A DNA stretch of 63,935 nt, the filler included, from Olpidium bornovanus S191 (taxonomy: Eukaryota > Fungi > Olpidiomycota), in NCBI GenBank assembly GCA_017911155.1. It is 31 parts of 31 records of this genome, joined end to end, with 100 filler letters (N's around TTAATTAATTAA, not from the genome) between each part and the next. Parts side by side here need not be neighbours in the genome. Positions count along the whole stretch, not along the records: positions 10,889 to 13,501 come from JAEFCI010009844.1; positions 13,602 to 15,190 come from JAEFCI010003910.1; positions 15,291 to 16,632 come from JAEFCI010009154.1; positions 16,733 to 18,770 come from JAEFCI010008080.1; positions 18,871 to 21,025 come from JAEFCI010008758.1; positions 21,126 to 23,398 come from JAEFCI010009239.1; positions 23,499 to 24,751 come from JAEFCI010006815.1; 24 more parts are not named here. The stretch is one strand, 5' to 3'. The notes under the pieces are model-generated. The model was not told the DNA's origin. It searched no databases and saw nothing but the letters and a program-made list of their open reading frames with translations. A program made the translations under genes and the position numbers. Below, in pieces: positions 12,015 through 23,673 of the stretch; position 1 is the stretch's first letter, and the number at the start of each line of letters is the position of its first letter.

Positions 12015-12809
12015 CGGGCGCACGCCGGCCGACAGGGGGCTTTGCTTTCGGCGCCGTCCCCAAACCCGCCGCGTTTTCGTCTTATCTTCTTCCCCGACGC
12101 GCCCGGGCGCCGCGATTCGCGCGCGCGCCCTGTTAGTGCAGCTAGCGGGGGCGCGCTCGAGCGAGGACGCGGCGCTCCACGGCGCCTCGGTTTCGCGGCC
12201 CCCCCTCCTTTTCTTTTTTTTTATTTATTTTTTTTTTTTTTATATATCACCGGTCCGCGGCGCGTTCCGAGGGTTTCGACTCATTTGACCGCGTTCGAGA
12301 CGCGGACGCGTTCTTCGCGCGGCCGCGGAATCTCACGGAGGGTTCTTTTCCTCCTTGATTTTGGGGGTGGGTGCTGGTTTTGCCGGGGTTCGAACCGGAC
12401 GGGAAGCTCCGGTGGGCCGGGCGTCGACGGCCGGTCCGGGCGACGGCCTTTTTGGCGTGGCAACCGGGTCCCGTTTGCGCAGTGGGGGAAATTTGCGCAC
12501 CAAGCGGGTGCCAACCGTCTTCCCCTCGGGGGGTCAGGTATCTCTTGCGCCCCGGGCTACGACGGCTCGGAGAACCCGTCGTTTGCGGAGGGTTCGCGGT
12601 TGTTGTAATCTGGCGGCCGGGTTGTCTTCAAACTCAGTGTGCGCAGTCCGCGCGGAAAGAGAACACGGGGCAGGGTCGAGCTCGCGACTGACAGACGCTT
12701 GCTTTTTGCGGTCAGCGCGCGGCCTCCCGCTTCGTAATCTGCCGTTTTCTCTTCTCTCCCGCCTCCCCTCCCGCCCGACAACTCCCCTCGGTATGCACTC
12801 GCACCGTAG

Positions 12810-13345
12810 AGGTGGATGTCGCTCCAAAACTACGACGATTCGACTGACCATCCTCTTCGCCCTCAAGCCCTCGACCGCGGCGCGCCTATTCCAGACGCGG
12901 TGCATGTTGTCAAAGAAGGCCAAGAGCAAGACGACAGGAGAGCCTCAAAGCGCTGCGAAAAGGCGACGGGGCACACAAAGAACTGCGCGGGTTACCGCAC
13001 CAGGCCGATGCAGTCCAAACCGCCTTGCCTACCCTACATCGGTAACGTTTTTTTTTCCTAGGCCATTTTTTTGTTATTCTTTCTCGTTTTCCAAGCCTTT
13101 ACTTCACCGGCGTGACGTTCGCCGAACTTCCGGGCCGGCAAGGGCTCGAAAGCTCTACAATTCCGAAAAGGACATGAAGAATTGCGCGCATCATTTTGCG
13201 GGCCTGCAGAAGTGGCTGGTGCCGAACAACCTGCAGGAGATAAATCAAGATGCATCAGGGGGAAACCCTCGACAGGGCCAAGAATGGCGGGACGCGGCGG
13301 AACTGTACCGCGTGAGCCACAGAGCCGAAGCAGCAGGGCGACAAA
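12810..13345 (+). pseudogene. RasGEF (CDC25-like catalytic domain) C-terminal region with several frameshifts
   Basis: Switching frames reconstructs LQNY..LTILFAL..STAARLFQT / ESLKAL / KNCAGYR..QSKPPCLPYIG / LYFTGVTFAEL / LYNSEK / ELYRVSHRAE, the RasGEF consensus order. Confidence 0.65.
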
Positions 13346-13410
13346 GAGCAGGATCACGTGTGTTTAGATGCGGCAGTCGTGGGGTTGTTTTTTATTTTTA
13401 TTTTTATTTT

Positions 13411-13455
<45 letters not shown>

Positions 13456-15506
13456 CTGGTAATGTTCACTATTTTTTTTTTTTTTTTTTTTTTTATAGGA
13501 ANNNNNNNNNNNNNNNNNNNNNNNNNNNNNNNNNNNNNNNNNNNNTTAATTAATTAANNNNNNNNNNNNNNNNNNNNNNNNNNNNNNNNNNNNNNNNNNN
13601 NCATGAACAGCCGCAGTATGGAGACTACTCGTCAATTGTTGAAGAACCTCAGCTGGGCGTACGTGTGGTCGCCGATCGGCGTTGCTCCGTCCGTTTGCGG
13701 CAGAGCCCGCGCTTTGGCTCAAAGCCTGTCGCGGCGCCCACAGAAGGTTCTGTTCGAACGCCACTGTGCCGTTGGATTGAGACGCTTTTCGAGAAGGGCC
13801 TGAGCGCGCGAGCGCGAATGTCACGGGTGGCGGGCTTGGGACGTGCGCCGGTTGCGGCCGCTAGTCGATCCAGGGGGGGGGGGGTGCCAAGGGGATGAAA
13901 AAGGGGGGCAAAAAAAAAAATACTAATTCAACATACCCGTGAAAGGTATGGCCGATTTCTTCCCGGGGGCGTAGTCACGGCTCGCGTCACGCGCAGCTCG
14001 ATGTGAACTGGCAGCTTTCATCCGGGAGTGTTAGCGCTACTACGAGGGGCTGCGTCCGGTGTGCCCAGCCGCGGGCTGGTTTCAAACCGCTGCCCTGCGC
14101 GCCTCTTCGCCGAACGCGTCGCGGGGCGGCCGCTCCTCGGCGATTGCCGTACCCACAATGGACGGCGGAAGATGACCCGCCGCGCGTCATGTACGCGTTG
14201 CACGACCGACTTTACGGGCCGCGGCACTAACTGTGACATCCTCTTTACCGAGCTCGTCGGGACGTCGCTGGCGTATCGGTGACATCTGTGGTCCGGGGCA
14301 GATTCCGATGCAGACTGGAGGTACGTCGCAGTTTTCACGGCTTCAGGCGGGTGTCGAAGGGCAGAACGACAACTGCATGTTGAAATTCTTGTATCGAGCT
14401 ACATTACTGCGGCCAACAAGCAGCCGCACGTCCGGGGTCAGAAACAGAGACGAACGGTGGGATACACAACCCGGATAATGTTGGTTACGACTTACAAATG
14501 AAAGAAAGGGGAAAAAAGGGAGGGAAAGGAGGGGAGGTTGGGAGCCGTGCCCCGGAAGAGACGTCGTCCGAATCTTGCAGGACAGGCAGAAACGTTCTCC
14601 GTGCTGGAGAGGAAGCGGGAGCGGGGGAAGCGGGAGAGGGGGGAAGGAATAACGGTTTATGGATCGAAAAAGCTTCTTCTGCAGGCCTTGCGCCCTAAAT
14701 TGCAAGCATATAATGCGGTTTCTCATCATCGGGCGAGTACCTAGCGATGGCACTTCTGGCAATGTTTCCACCAATCTGTACCCCCGGTAGACCGACCAGT
14801 GCATCAGTTTAACGAAGGAAAGAGGGGACGTACGCGCGCCGGGATGCAGGTACGACTAAGACACGTACACATCTGACCGGCACCGGGAGGAAAAAGAAAA
14901 CACTCGAAGCGGTCAGAATCAAGGACGGCCCTTCTTAGCAGGCCGATTCGGGGATCGGTGTGCGAAAGAGCAAGACGGACGCACTTTGGTGTTGGCCGGA
15001 CGGGTAGAGTTTCCGTTGGCCCCCTCTAGGTCTCCCCAGCGGTTGCACCGGCCGCAAAGGCCCTGCCGCACGTCAAGAGCCTCGCGCTGCCCCGATTTTT
15101 TCCTCGTCATCCGATGCTCGACGGGTGGCTCAAATGGCCTGCACGTCACCTGCGAAATGCCACTAGCGTCGATAGTGCGTCAGTCATGACNNNNNNNNNN
15201 NNNNNNNNNNNNNNNNNNNNNNNNNNNNNNNNNNTTAATTAATTAANNNNNNNNNNNNNNNNNNNNNNNNNNNNNNNNNNNNNNNNNNNNCCTCCCTTCA
15301 CTCCGAAGGGAGGAGGCCGCGTGATCCCCGAAGAAAGGTTCGTTGGACCCTTTCCTTTTGCCCGCACCTGTACTAGTTCGCGCTCGTTTTTTTTTTTTTT
15401 TTTTTTTTTTTGTGTTTGGGGGCGCCGGAAAAAAAGAAGGGGGGGCGGGGGCGGTGGGGGGGGGTTTTGGAAAACAGGGGGGGGGGTTCCCCCCTGAGGG
15501 GTTTGC

Positions 15507-15543
<37 letters not shown>

Positions 15544-15646
15544 GTAGGACGTCGGCGAAAAGGTCTCCGTGTGAGAGACGTGCAAAAAGGGGGGCAAGAA
15601 CGCCCTTCCGAAAGGCGCGCCGGACGCCGCGTCAGAAAAACCTCAC

Positions 15647-16632
<986 letters not shown>

Positions 16633-16850
16633 NNNNNNNNNNNNNNNNNNNNNNNNNNNNNNNNNNNNNNNNNNNNTTAATTAATTAANNNNNNNNNNNN
16701 NNNNNNNNNNNNNNNNNNNNNNNNNNNNNNNNAGCTGCTGCTCGAGCTGATCGGCGAACCCAAATAGCGGAAGGACAACCGGAAACGGCCGACGAACCCT
16801 CTCCACGTCGGTCAGGCTGGAATTGGATCCTGTACAAGGTTTTGCACCGG

Positions 16851-17150
16851 GAGTATTCACTTGCCCTGAGGTTGTGCCCCGAGAGTATTCACTTGCCCTG
16901 CAGATATGCACGGTATTCACTTACCCTGCAGATATGCATGAAAAACGCGTTCAGTTCGTGCATTTGCTGGCGAAGAACATGGCAAAGAGACCCGGTTTGT
17001 TGGACTGGTGCCCCACAGACGGATATAAGCAAAACCATTGCGGAAGACGCCTGGGAACCGCCCGGCACGGTTTGTCGGACTGGTGCTACGCCTGGGAACC
17101 GCCCGACACGGTTTGTTGGACTGGTGCCCCAAAGACGGATATAAGCAGAA
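16851..17150 (+). repeat. Mosaic of short direct and tandem duplications (GTATTCACTT[G/A]CCCTG x3; 41-bp tandem x2; about 39-bp repeat x2)
   Basis: Copies at about 16853, 16885 and 16913; 41-bp units at 17047 and 17088; CGGTTTGTTGGACTGGTGCCCC..GACGGATATAAGCA at 16993 and about 17109. Confidence 0.8.
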
Positions 17151-17320
17151 CAGTCTGCTGCCCTGATCATGAACGAGTTTATGTCCAGCGCTGCCGCGGC
17201 ACTCGCAGGGTTAGCATTACGATACCCCTTGTTGCCGGAAACGGTTATGCCAAGAAGTGAGGGTGTTTTCCAGGCGACGCGAACGAGTCGTCTGACATCG
17301 CGTCGTCGGGCAACCTTTAG

Positions 17321-18241
17321 TTAAATTTGAGAGTTTATCAGGGTGATCTCTACGTTGTCGTGCACCGGGGAAAGCAGCATCTCCTGCAACAAACCCGCAA
17401 ACGTAAGGCAGTGAGCGTTATCTGTTCACGGACATCGAAATCTGTGCCGCTCCAGCAACCCACTACCACATCCCCTCAGATTCCGCTCCGCCCTCACTCC
17501 CCCTTTCCCCCTTCTCCCTCCTCCCCCCCGTCTTAAAAAAAGGGATCCTTACGCCCTCAAAGTGGACAACTTTCCGCTTCTTAGCCGCCTAAGTTAACCA
17601 GGGAAGGTTCATTGGCTATCACGCGGACCGGAAGGCTCCCGTTCAGTGTCAAATGCGACGCACCTTCAGCGTTCCTGTTTGCTCGAATAGGACGGGGAAG
17701 CGGAAGGAGGTGCAACGCGCCGCGTGAGGCAGGGTCACTGGAAGAGGAGTCCCCCAGTGTGGGAGTCTCCGGACGGAAGAAGTCTACGCTCACCGACGAT
17801 GCCCTCGAACACCTGCTCGCAGGTCGGATCGTGCGTAAGAACCCCGTATTTCACCCTGTAATGGCCGGTTGCTGGATCATTTATGCCCTGAAGCGCGACG
17901 GGGTGAGGTCGGTGGTTGCGGTTGTTAGCGGCACCGATCAGGAAGACCCGGCCCAAAAACCGCGTCCGTCCTTTTCGCTGGTTACCAGCCGTTTTATTTC
18001 GGTGACCAGCCGCTGGACTTCTCTGTCGACTCCTGGTCAGAGATCGCCCGAAAAAAAAAAAAAAAAAAAAACAAAACCAAAAACGCGCAGCAAGTCAGGA
18101 GATCGGCCGGGGGGCAGCAAGCGAGACCACCCTGGCGGGTGAGTGGGAAGGGCCGGTGATTGCGCTGCCCGGCAGACAGAGGAAAGAAATATGCTCACCG
18201 TCCGGACCGAGGAAAGAAATACGCTCACCGTCCGGCGGCAT
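17321..18241 (-). CDS. ABRACL: Costars / ABRA C-terminal-like protein, complete, 6 exons (18229-18241, 17986-18032, 17794-17887, 17664-17674, 17553-17588, 17321-17383), 87 aa
   Basis: Spliced product MPPDGVDREVQRLVTEIKRLGINDPATGHYRVKYGVLTHDPTCEQVFEGIVGTLKAAKKRKVVHFEGEMLLSPVHDNVEITLINSQI* matches the Costars consensus (VKFGVL..D..C...FE..VGTLKAAK..K.V.F.GE.LL). All phases are consistent. Confidence 0.92.
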
Positions 18242-18251
18242 AGCTCCGGAC

Positions 18252-18255
<4 letters not shown>

Positions 18256-18290
<35 letters not shown>

Positions 18291-18424
18291 CACGCGGTAC
18301 CTTCTGGTGCGTCTTCTGCTCTGGGGAAGTGGGAGGAGGGGAAATCGCGAGCGCGAGAAAAAGAGGCGTTTTCCCGCGCCACGTGTTGGTGCGTGTGGGG
18401 TGGGGGAGGGAACCATCGTCCGGG

Positions 18425-18459
<35 letters not shown>

Positions 18460-18740
18460 AAAGTGCGGGGTGTGTGGGAAAGCGAGAGGCCGAGAGAGAA
18501 AAAAAAAAAAAAGAGAGGGGGAGAGAGAGAGAGAGGGGGGGAGAGAGGGAGAGAGGGAGAGAGGGAGAGAGAGAGAAAGTTGGGGAGAGAGAGTTGAGGA
18601 GAGAGAGAGAGTTCCATTCACAAACGAAGGGGATTGTAAACTTGTTATGCATGTCGATATCCAAACCGCTTACGCCATACCGTTGTGCGTGCGTGTGTTG
18701 TGTGAGTGTGTGAGACAGCGGGAGAGAGAGAGAGAGAGAG
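18256..18740. repeat. (CT/GA)n microsatellites and poly-A tracts upstream of the Costars gene
   Basis: Read directly (18256-18287, about 18500-18610, about 18722-18740). Confidence 0.8.
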
Positions 18741-18925
18741 AAAAGTTAAGAGGGTCAGAGCAGAGAAAGCNNNNNNNNNNNNNNNNNNNNNNNNNNNNNN
18801 NNNNNNNNNNNNNNTTAATTAATTAANNNNNNNNNNNNNNNNNNNNNNNNNNNNNNNNNNNNNNNNNNNNCCCCCCCCCCCCCCCCCCCCCCCAAAAAAA
18901 AAGAAAAGAAAAAAAACCACCAGTC

Positions 18926-19593
18926 ATGTCCCTGCACCCCCTCGAGCCGCGGCCGGAGCAGTACGGGAGCCTCGACATCGCGTTGCTGCTGCACGAGCAC
19001 TCGCGCCTCAGCAATTCGATGAACCACCTGCGGGCGTCGAACGAGCAGCTGGCGGAGTACTGTCGGCGGCGGCGGCGACGAGGAGGAGAAGAGCGCGGCG
19101 ACGACGACGATGATGATGACGACGACGACGGGGAGGACGGCCCGGAGTTCGCGCTGGCCATCACCGAGAACGAGGGAGTGATCCGGCGGCAGGAGCGGCT
19201 CTTGAAGGTGCGAGACCTTTTTCGTTTTAATTTTTTTTTTTCCTGCCCTTTTGCTTGCCGTTTCGTAGACATTTTCGGTGAGACGGTGGGGTAGCGGGGG
19301 GTACGGAAGTGGGGGCGGCGGCGGCGCCAAAAAAAAAAAAACGAACCCGTCCGTCTGGGTTCCGCCAGATGCTCCGGACGTCACTGGAAGAAGGACTGCG
19401 GTCGGGACGCTACGCAGGGGCGGCGGCGGCGCACAGGTACCAGTACGAAATCGCCAAAGTCCTGCTCGCCGGGCCGCCGTCGTCGCCCGGAGCGGCAGAG
19501 GAAGTCGGACCGCCGAACGGCGGGGACCGGACGCCGGCCGCCCCGGAGTGCGCGAGTCGGGGCCGTGCCGGAAACGCCGGCGTCTTCGTATGA
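18926..19593 (+). CDS. Small acidic coiled-coil protein of unknown function (exons 18926-19207, 19444-19593)
   Basis: EHSRLSNSMNHLRASNEQL...D10...LAITENEGVIRRQERLLK|YEIAKV...GVFV*; phase-0 GT-AG intron. Confidence 0.65.
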
Positions 19594-19746
19594 GCGCCGA
19601 GAGGGACAAACGCCACCGCCCTTTTCCTCCCTCCTTTTCCTCGTCCCCCGCCGCCCATCCAAACCTGCGTTCGTGCGCAGCAACACGTATGTGACGTGAA
19701 CACCCTTGGCGAGATTCCCGCGAGGGGGTTGGTCAAGAGGAGGTTG

Positions 19747-20583
19747 TGTTGGGGCTGAGCCGAAGAAGGCGAAGACGCAGCGTACACCGCGAGTCCGTAA
19801 GGAAAATGGGAAGGAAAGGAGAACTGTATTTGGGGGCGGTTGTTTATTAGTTTCCCCTGCGCCCTCTTTTTTATGTGGCGGCGACTAAAGAATCTACGCA
19901 GGGGTAACACGGGGCTGGTGCGCACAGTGCGTTTACGGCTCAGCCCCCTCTTTATTCTACACCCCGCCTCACTGGGCGCGCCATTGCCCATGCCCGCCCG
20001 AAAAACTGTGAAATCTACGACTTATTTCCTTCCGCCCTGCTGCCCCTTGGCGGTTTTACGTTTGGCTCTGCTCGCCCATGGCCTTGACGGGTCGTACCCC
20101 GACCATCCCTCGGAACTTGACGAATTTCACTTAGCAGAAGTGTAGAATAAAGGGGGGGTCCTGAGCCGTAAACGCACTGTGTGCACCAGCCCCGTGTTAT
20201 CCCTGCGTAGATTCTTTAGTCGCCGCCACATAAAATTGGGCCAGGGGAAAGTTCAATACCAAAATAAAGCTCTCTGTATCGAGATTCTCATGGGTTGTTT
20301 ACTGTTGCTCCGGCCAGACCATTTCTGCCGCTTTCGAGAGTTTTTCTCGGGAAAAATGCCCGTGGTGGCTAAAGTGGCCCTAGTCCGGTCGTTTCAACCT
20401 GGTTTTCTTTTTTTGGACAAATTTAGAGTTTGTGGAAAAACTTTTTGACAGTGTCTCAGACACAACGGCGGTAACTTTCTCACCCAATGTTCCGCCAGAC
20501 AGGAATGGCACGATTACAGTTCTCTTTCCTTACGGACTCGCGGTGTACGCTGCGTCTTCACCTTCCTCGGCTCGGCTCCAACA
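19747..20583. repeat. Nested imperfect inverted repeat: outer arms 19747-19805 / 20525-20583, inner arms 19869-19962 / 20140-20235
   Basis: Base-by-base reverse-complement comparison gives 4 transitions in 59 bp (outer) and 2 transitions plus a small indel region in about 95 bp (inner). Confidence 0.9.
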
Positions 20584-20972
20584 GGTTGATTGATGGGTGG
20601 AGGGGGAGGGACCTGGCGGCAAGCGGTGAAGTGCGCAGGCACTGCAGCTCTGTTACCGCGAAGTGGCCCACGCCAGCAGAGCGACAGGTGTCCTCGTGAC
20701 GAGCCAGGCTGTTGGCAGTGGCGTCGCGCATTGCTCGTCGTCTGCAGCGTGATCTTGACTTGACTGACTGTGCCGGCCGACACGCGGCGGCGACGCGCGT
20801 TTGCGGTGAAAAGGGAACGGGGGGGGGGGAAGGGCCTAAAAGAAAAAAAAAAAAAACAAATAGAAAAATAAATAAAAAGAAAAAATGAAAAATGAAAAAA
20901 AATAAAAATTAAAGAAAAAAAGAGAAACGCGGTGAGACCGGAGGCGGGGAAACCAGCGGGGCGCAACTCCCA

Positions 20973-21025
<53 letters not shown>

Positions 21026-21477
21026 NNNNNNNNNNNNNNNNNNNNNNNNNNNNNNNNNNNNNNNNNNNNTTAATTAATTAANNNNNNNNNNNNNNNNNNN
21101 NNNNNNNNNNNNNNNNNNNNNNNNNCTGGGGAGGAGGGGAGGGAGTGGGGAGAACGTTGGAGATTCGAGCTCGGTTTGGTTCTGAACAACGGCAGTTGCG
21201 TGTTGCGCTTTTGAGTGTTTTTGCCGCGTCTGCGGGGTGCAGCATGCGCAGGCGACACGTGACCCGGCACTTTATACGGGCGGGCGTCTCCGCTTCTTTT
21301 TCTCCCGACCGCAGAACGAAAAAACGGGGGCGCCCGCCCCCGCGGCGCGTTTTCCCGCACCTCATTCGCCGTCCCGTTATTGCGCTGCCGCGGCGACGGC
21401 GCCGTCCCGCTGCACCGGCCGGGCTGGGCCCCCCGCGGCCGAAGACGGCTCACGCGCCCGCCGCAGCGAGCACAACG

Positions 21478-22999
21478 ATGCGCCGCCTTGTCCTCCCGCT
21501 TTGCCGCCGCCCGCTGTGCTTGCTGCTCGCCGCGGTCGTCGTCCTCCTTCTCGAGGCCGCCTCCGCCGCCTCCCCCAAGAAACGGAGCTGCGGCCCCGGT
21601 TTTTTTTCGGCTTCTCCGCCTCCTCCCTCTCCGCCAGCCCCACCACTCGTCACCATGGCCGAACAGAAGAACAACCCCGTCTCGATCGTGCCCGGCGTCG
21701 TCGGCCGCTTCTCGGGAGGCGACCGCGGCGACGCCGCCGCCGGCGTTCCCCCGTACCCGCCGCCGGCGCGCGGCCTCTCCGTCGTCTCGTACAACATATA
21801 CCAGATGTCCCGGTACCTTTTCCCGAACTGGGCCCAGGACCTCCGGGTCCGCCGGCTGCTCGAAATCAAGTTTATACGGGACCACGACGTGATCGTTTTC
21901 CAGGAGGCGTGGGACGGGCAGTCCAGGAAGATTCTGCTCGACGGCCTGCGGGACCTCGGCTACGCCCACCAGACGCCGTTGACGGGGAACGGCCCGGCGG
22001 GGTGGGACGAGTTCGGCGGCAGGTACTGCCGGGCTTGCCCATACAGCGGAGGCGTAGTCATCGTGAGCAAGTGGGAAATCACTTACAAGGCGAACCGCGT
22101 TTTCGCCGACGCGTGTGGTTTTGACTGGTTCAGGTAAGGCCAAAAAAATAAAAAATAGAACAAACAAGCGGCCTTTCGCGCGAATTCACGGGGAGGAGGG
22201 AAAAAAAAAAAAAAAAAAAAAGCTAAGCGTCCACCATCTCCGCCTTCCCCCTACCCACTTCCCTCCCGTCCGTTCGTCCCCGACGTAAAAAAATTCCGAA
22301 ATTTTCAGCAACAAGGGCTTCGCCTACGCGAGGATAAAGCTGCCGTTCGCGAACCTGCACCTCATCGGCACGCACATGCAGTCGGAGGACCAGGGATGCA
22401 GCTCAAGGACGCCGCGGGCTGTGCGCGAGTCGCAGCTGCGGGAAATGTCCGAGTGGCTGGCGGCGAGAGGCATCCCGGAGGACGAGCCGGTGATATTTGC
22501 CGGCGACTTCAACGTCGATCGGCCGCTGGGCGAGGAGCTCGGCGTCGACGACGGCGACGGCGACCTCAGAAGGGCCGAGCGGCGGCAGGGGACGCCGGCC
22601 GGGCCCGGGCCCGCGGACCTCGAGGAGTACGAGAAGGCGCTCGAGATCCTTTCCGCCTGCCCCGCCCGGCAGTTCGACGGCACCCGCTACACCTGGGACC
22701 CGCGGACGAACTCGATAGCGCGGCACATCAACCCCGCGGGCCCCCGCGAGTACCTCGACCACGTCCTCTTCCGGCGCGGCCACGAAAACATCCCCGGAAT
22801 GAAGCTGGCGATGTCGCTGCAGTCGGCGCTCAACGTCAAGACCGATCCCTACGAGGTCGGCGTCCTCCCCGTCGCGAACGAATACGACGACATCTCGGAC
22901 CACTATCCGGTCGTCTTCACCGTGTGCTGGGAGGCCGACGACGGTGAACGCGGAAAACGGCGCGCCGCAACTCTCGACTCGCATCCAAATGTAATCTAA
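21478..22999 (+). CDS. Secreted bacterial-type neutral sphingomyelinase C (EEP superfamily), complete, 2 exons (21478-22133, 22309-22999), 448 aa
   Basis: Signal-peptide-like N-terminus; SYNIY, FPNWAQ, DVIVFQEAW, QTP, GGVVIVSKW, CGFDWF|SNKGF, IGTHMQSED, AGDFNV, YTWD, EYLDHV, SDHYPV. The intron is phase 2 and restores the SNKGF motif. Confidence 0.92.
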
Positions 23000-23299
23000 A
23001 ACTAAACTTCAAAGCATTTTATTCACTTCGCCACTGAACCCACCCCGCCCTCCATTTTTTCTTCAATTTTAATTGCTGTTTTTTTTTTGTCGCCATGGAA
23101 GATTTGCCTCTGTGAAGGCGCAGAATAAGAAGAGGAACAAAACAAAATAAAAAAGGAAAAAAAGACAAGAACAAGCGTTTTGCGCTGACCGCACCTGGGT
23201 CGAAAGCGCCGACAGATTGCGAGGTTTGCTCGAAATCAACTACAATGTAGAATTAGGAACATCTGCTCTCCGACCTCACGGCGGGAAACCTCGGCCCGC

Positions 23300-23365
<66 letters not shown>

Positions 23366-23498
23366 GGGGAGGCGGGGAGCGCGGCGCGCCCCTGAATCNN
23401 NNNNNNNNNNNNNNNNNNNNNNNNNNNNNNNNNNNNNNNNNNTTAATTAATTAANNNNNNNNNNNNNNNNNNNNNNNNNNNNNNNNNNNNNNNNNNNN

Positions 23499-23673
23499 AC
23501 ATGTTATTAGTTCACTACTATTTAATGTGTTGCAATCTAGTAGTTAGTCTAGACCAGACCTTTTATTAATTATAAATAGTATATTATTAATAATATTATA
23601 TTATATGATATATAGTTTAGAGAATACATTATATAATAATAATTAGATTAGGTTCAACCCTATTTTATTCATG
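23499..23673. other. About 20% GC island bounded by CATG sites (foreign or organellar fragment, or chimeric insert)
   Basis: About 35 G+C in 172 nt by hand count against a GC-rich background; CATG at 23500 and 23670. Confidence 0.7.

Noticed and set aside
12380-12400. GGTTCGAACC resembling a tRNA T-loop
   Set aside because: The flanks cannot form a T-stem or acceptor stem; no cloverleaf.
10890-15190. Several protein-like short ORFs (e.g. 10912-11241, 14018-14338, 14919-15149)
   Set aside because: No recognisable motif or phase-consistent exon chain could be built, so no call was made.
16851-16940. Three short direct repeats about 30 nt apart as a mini-CRISPR
   Set aside because: Spacers are too short and related to each other, the host is eukaryotic, and there are no cas genes.
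20966-21025. Very long poly-C/G/A/T runs (also 33286-33330, 37740-37780, 53878-53945) as telomeric or G4 elements
   Set aside because: They sit mostly at contig ends where assembly fails; lengths are unreliable and may be sequencing artefacts.
21126-23398. Bacterial contamination as the source of the SMase (and of the repeat protein at 37892-39585)
   Set aside because: Both have canonical phase-consistent GT-AG introns with the same homopolymer-rich intron style as the fungal housekeeping genes.
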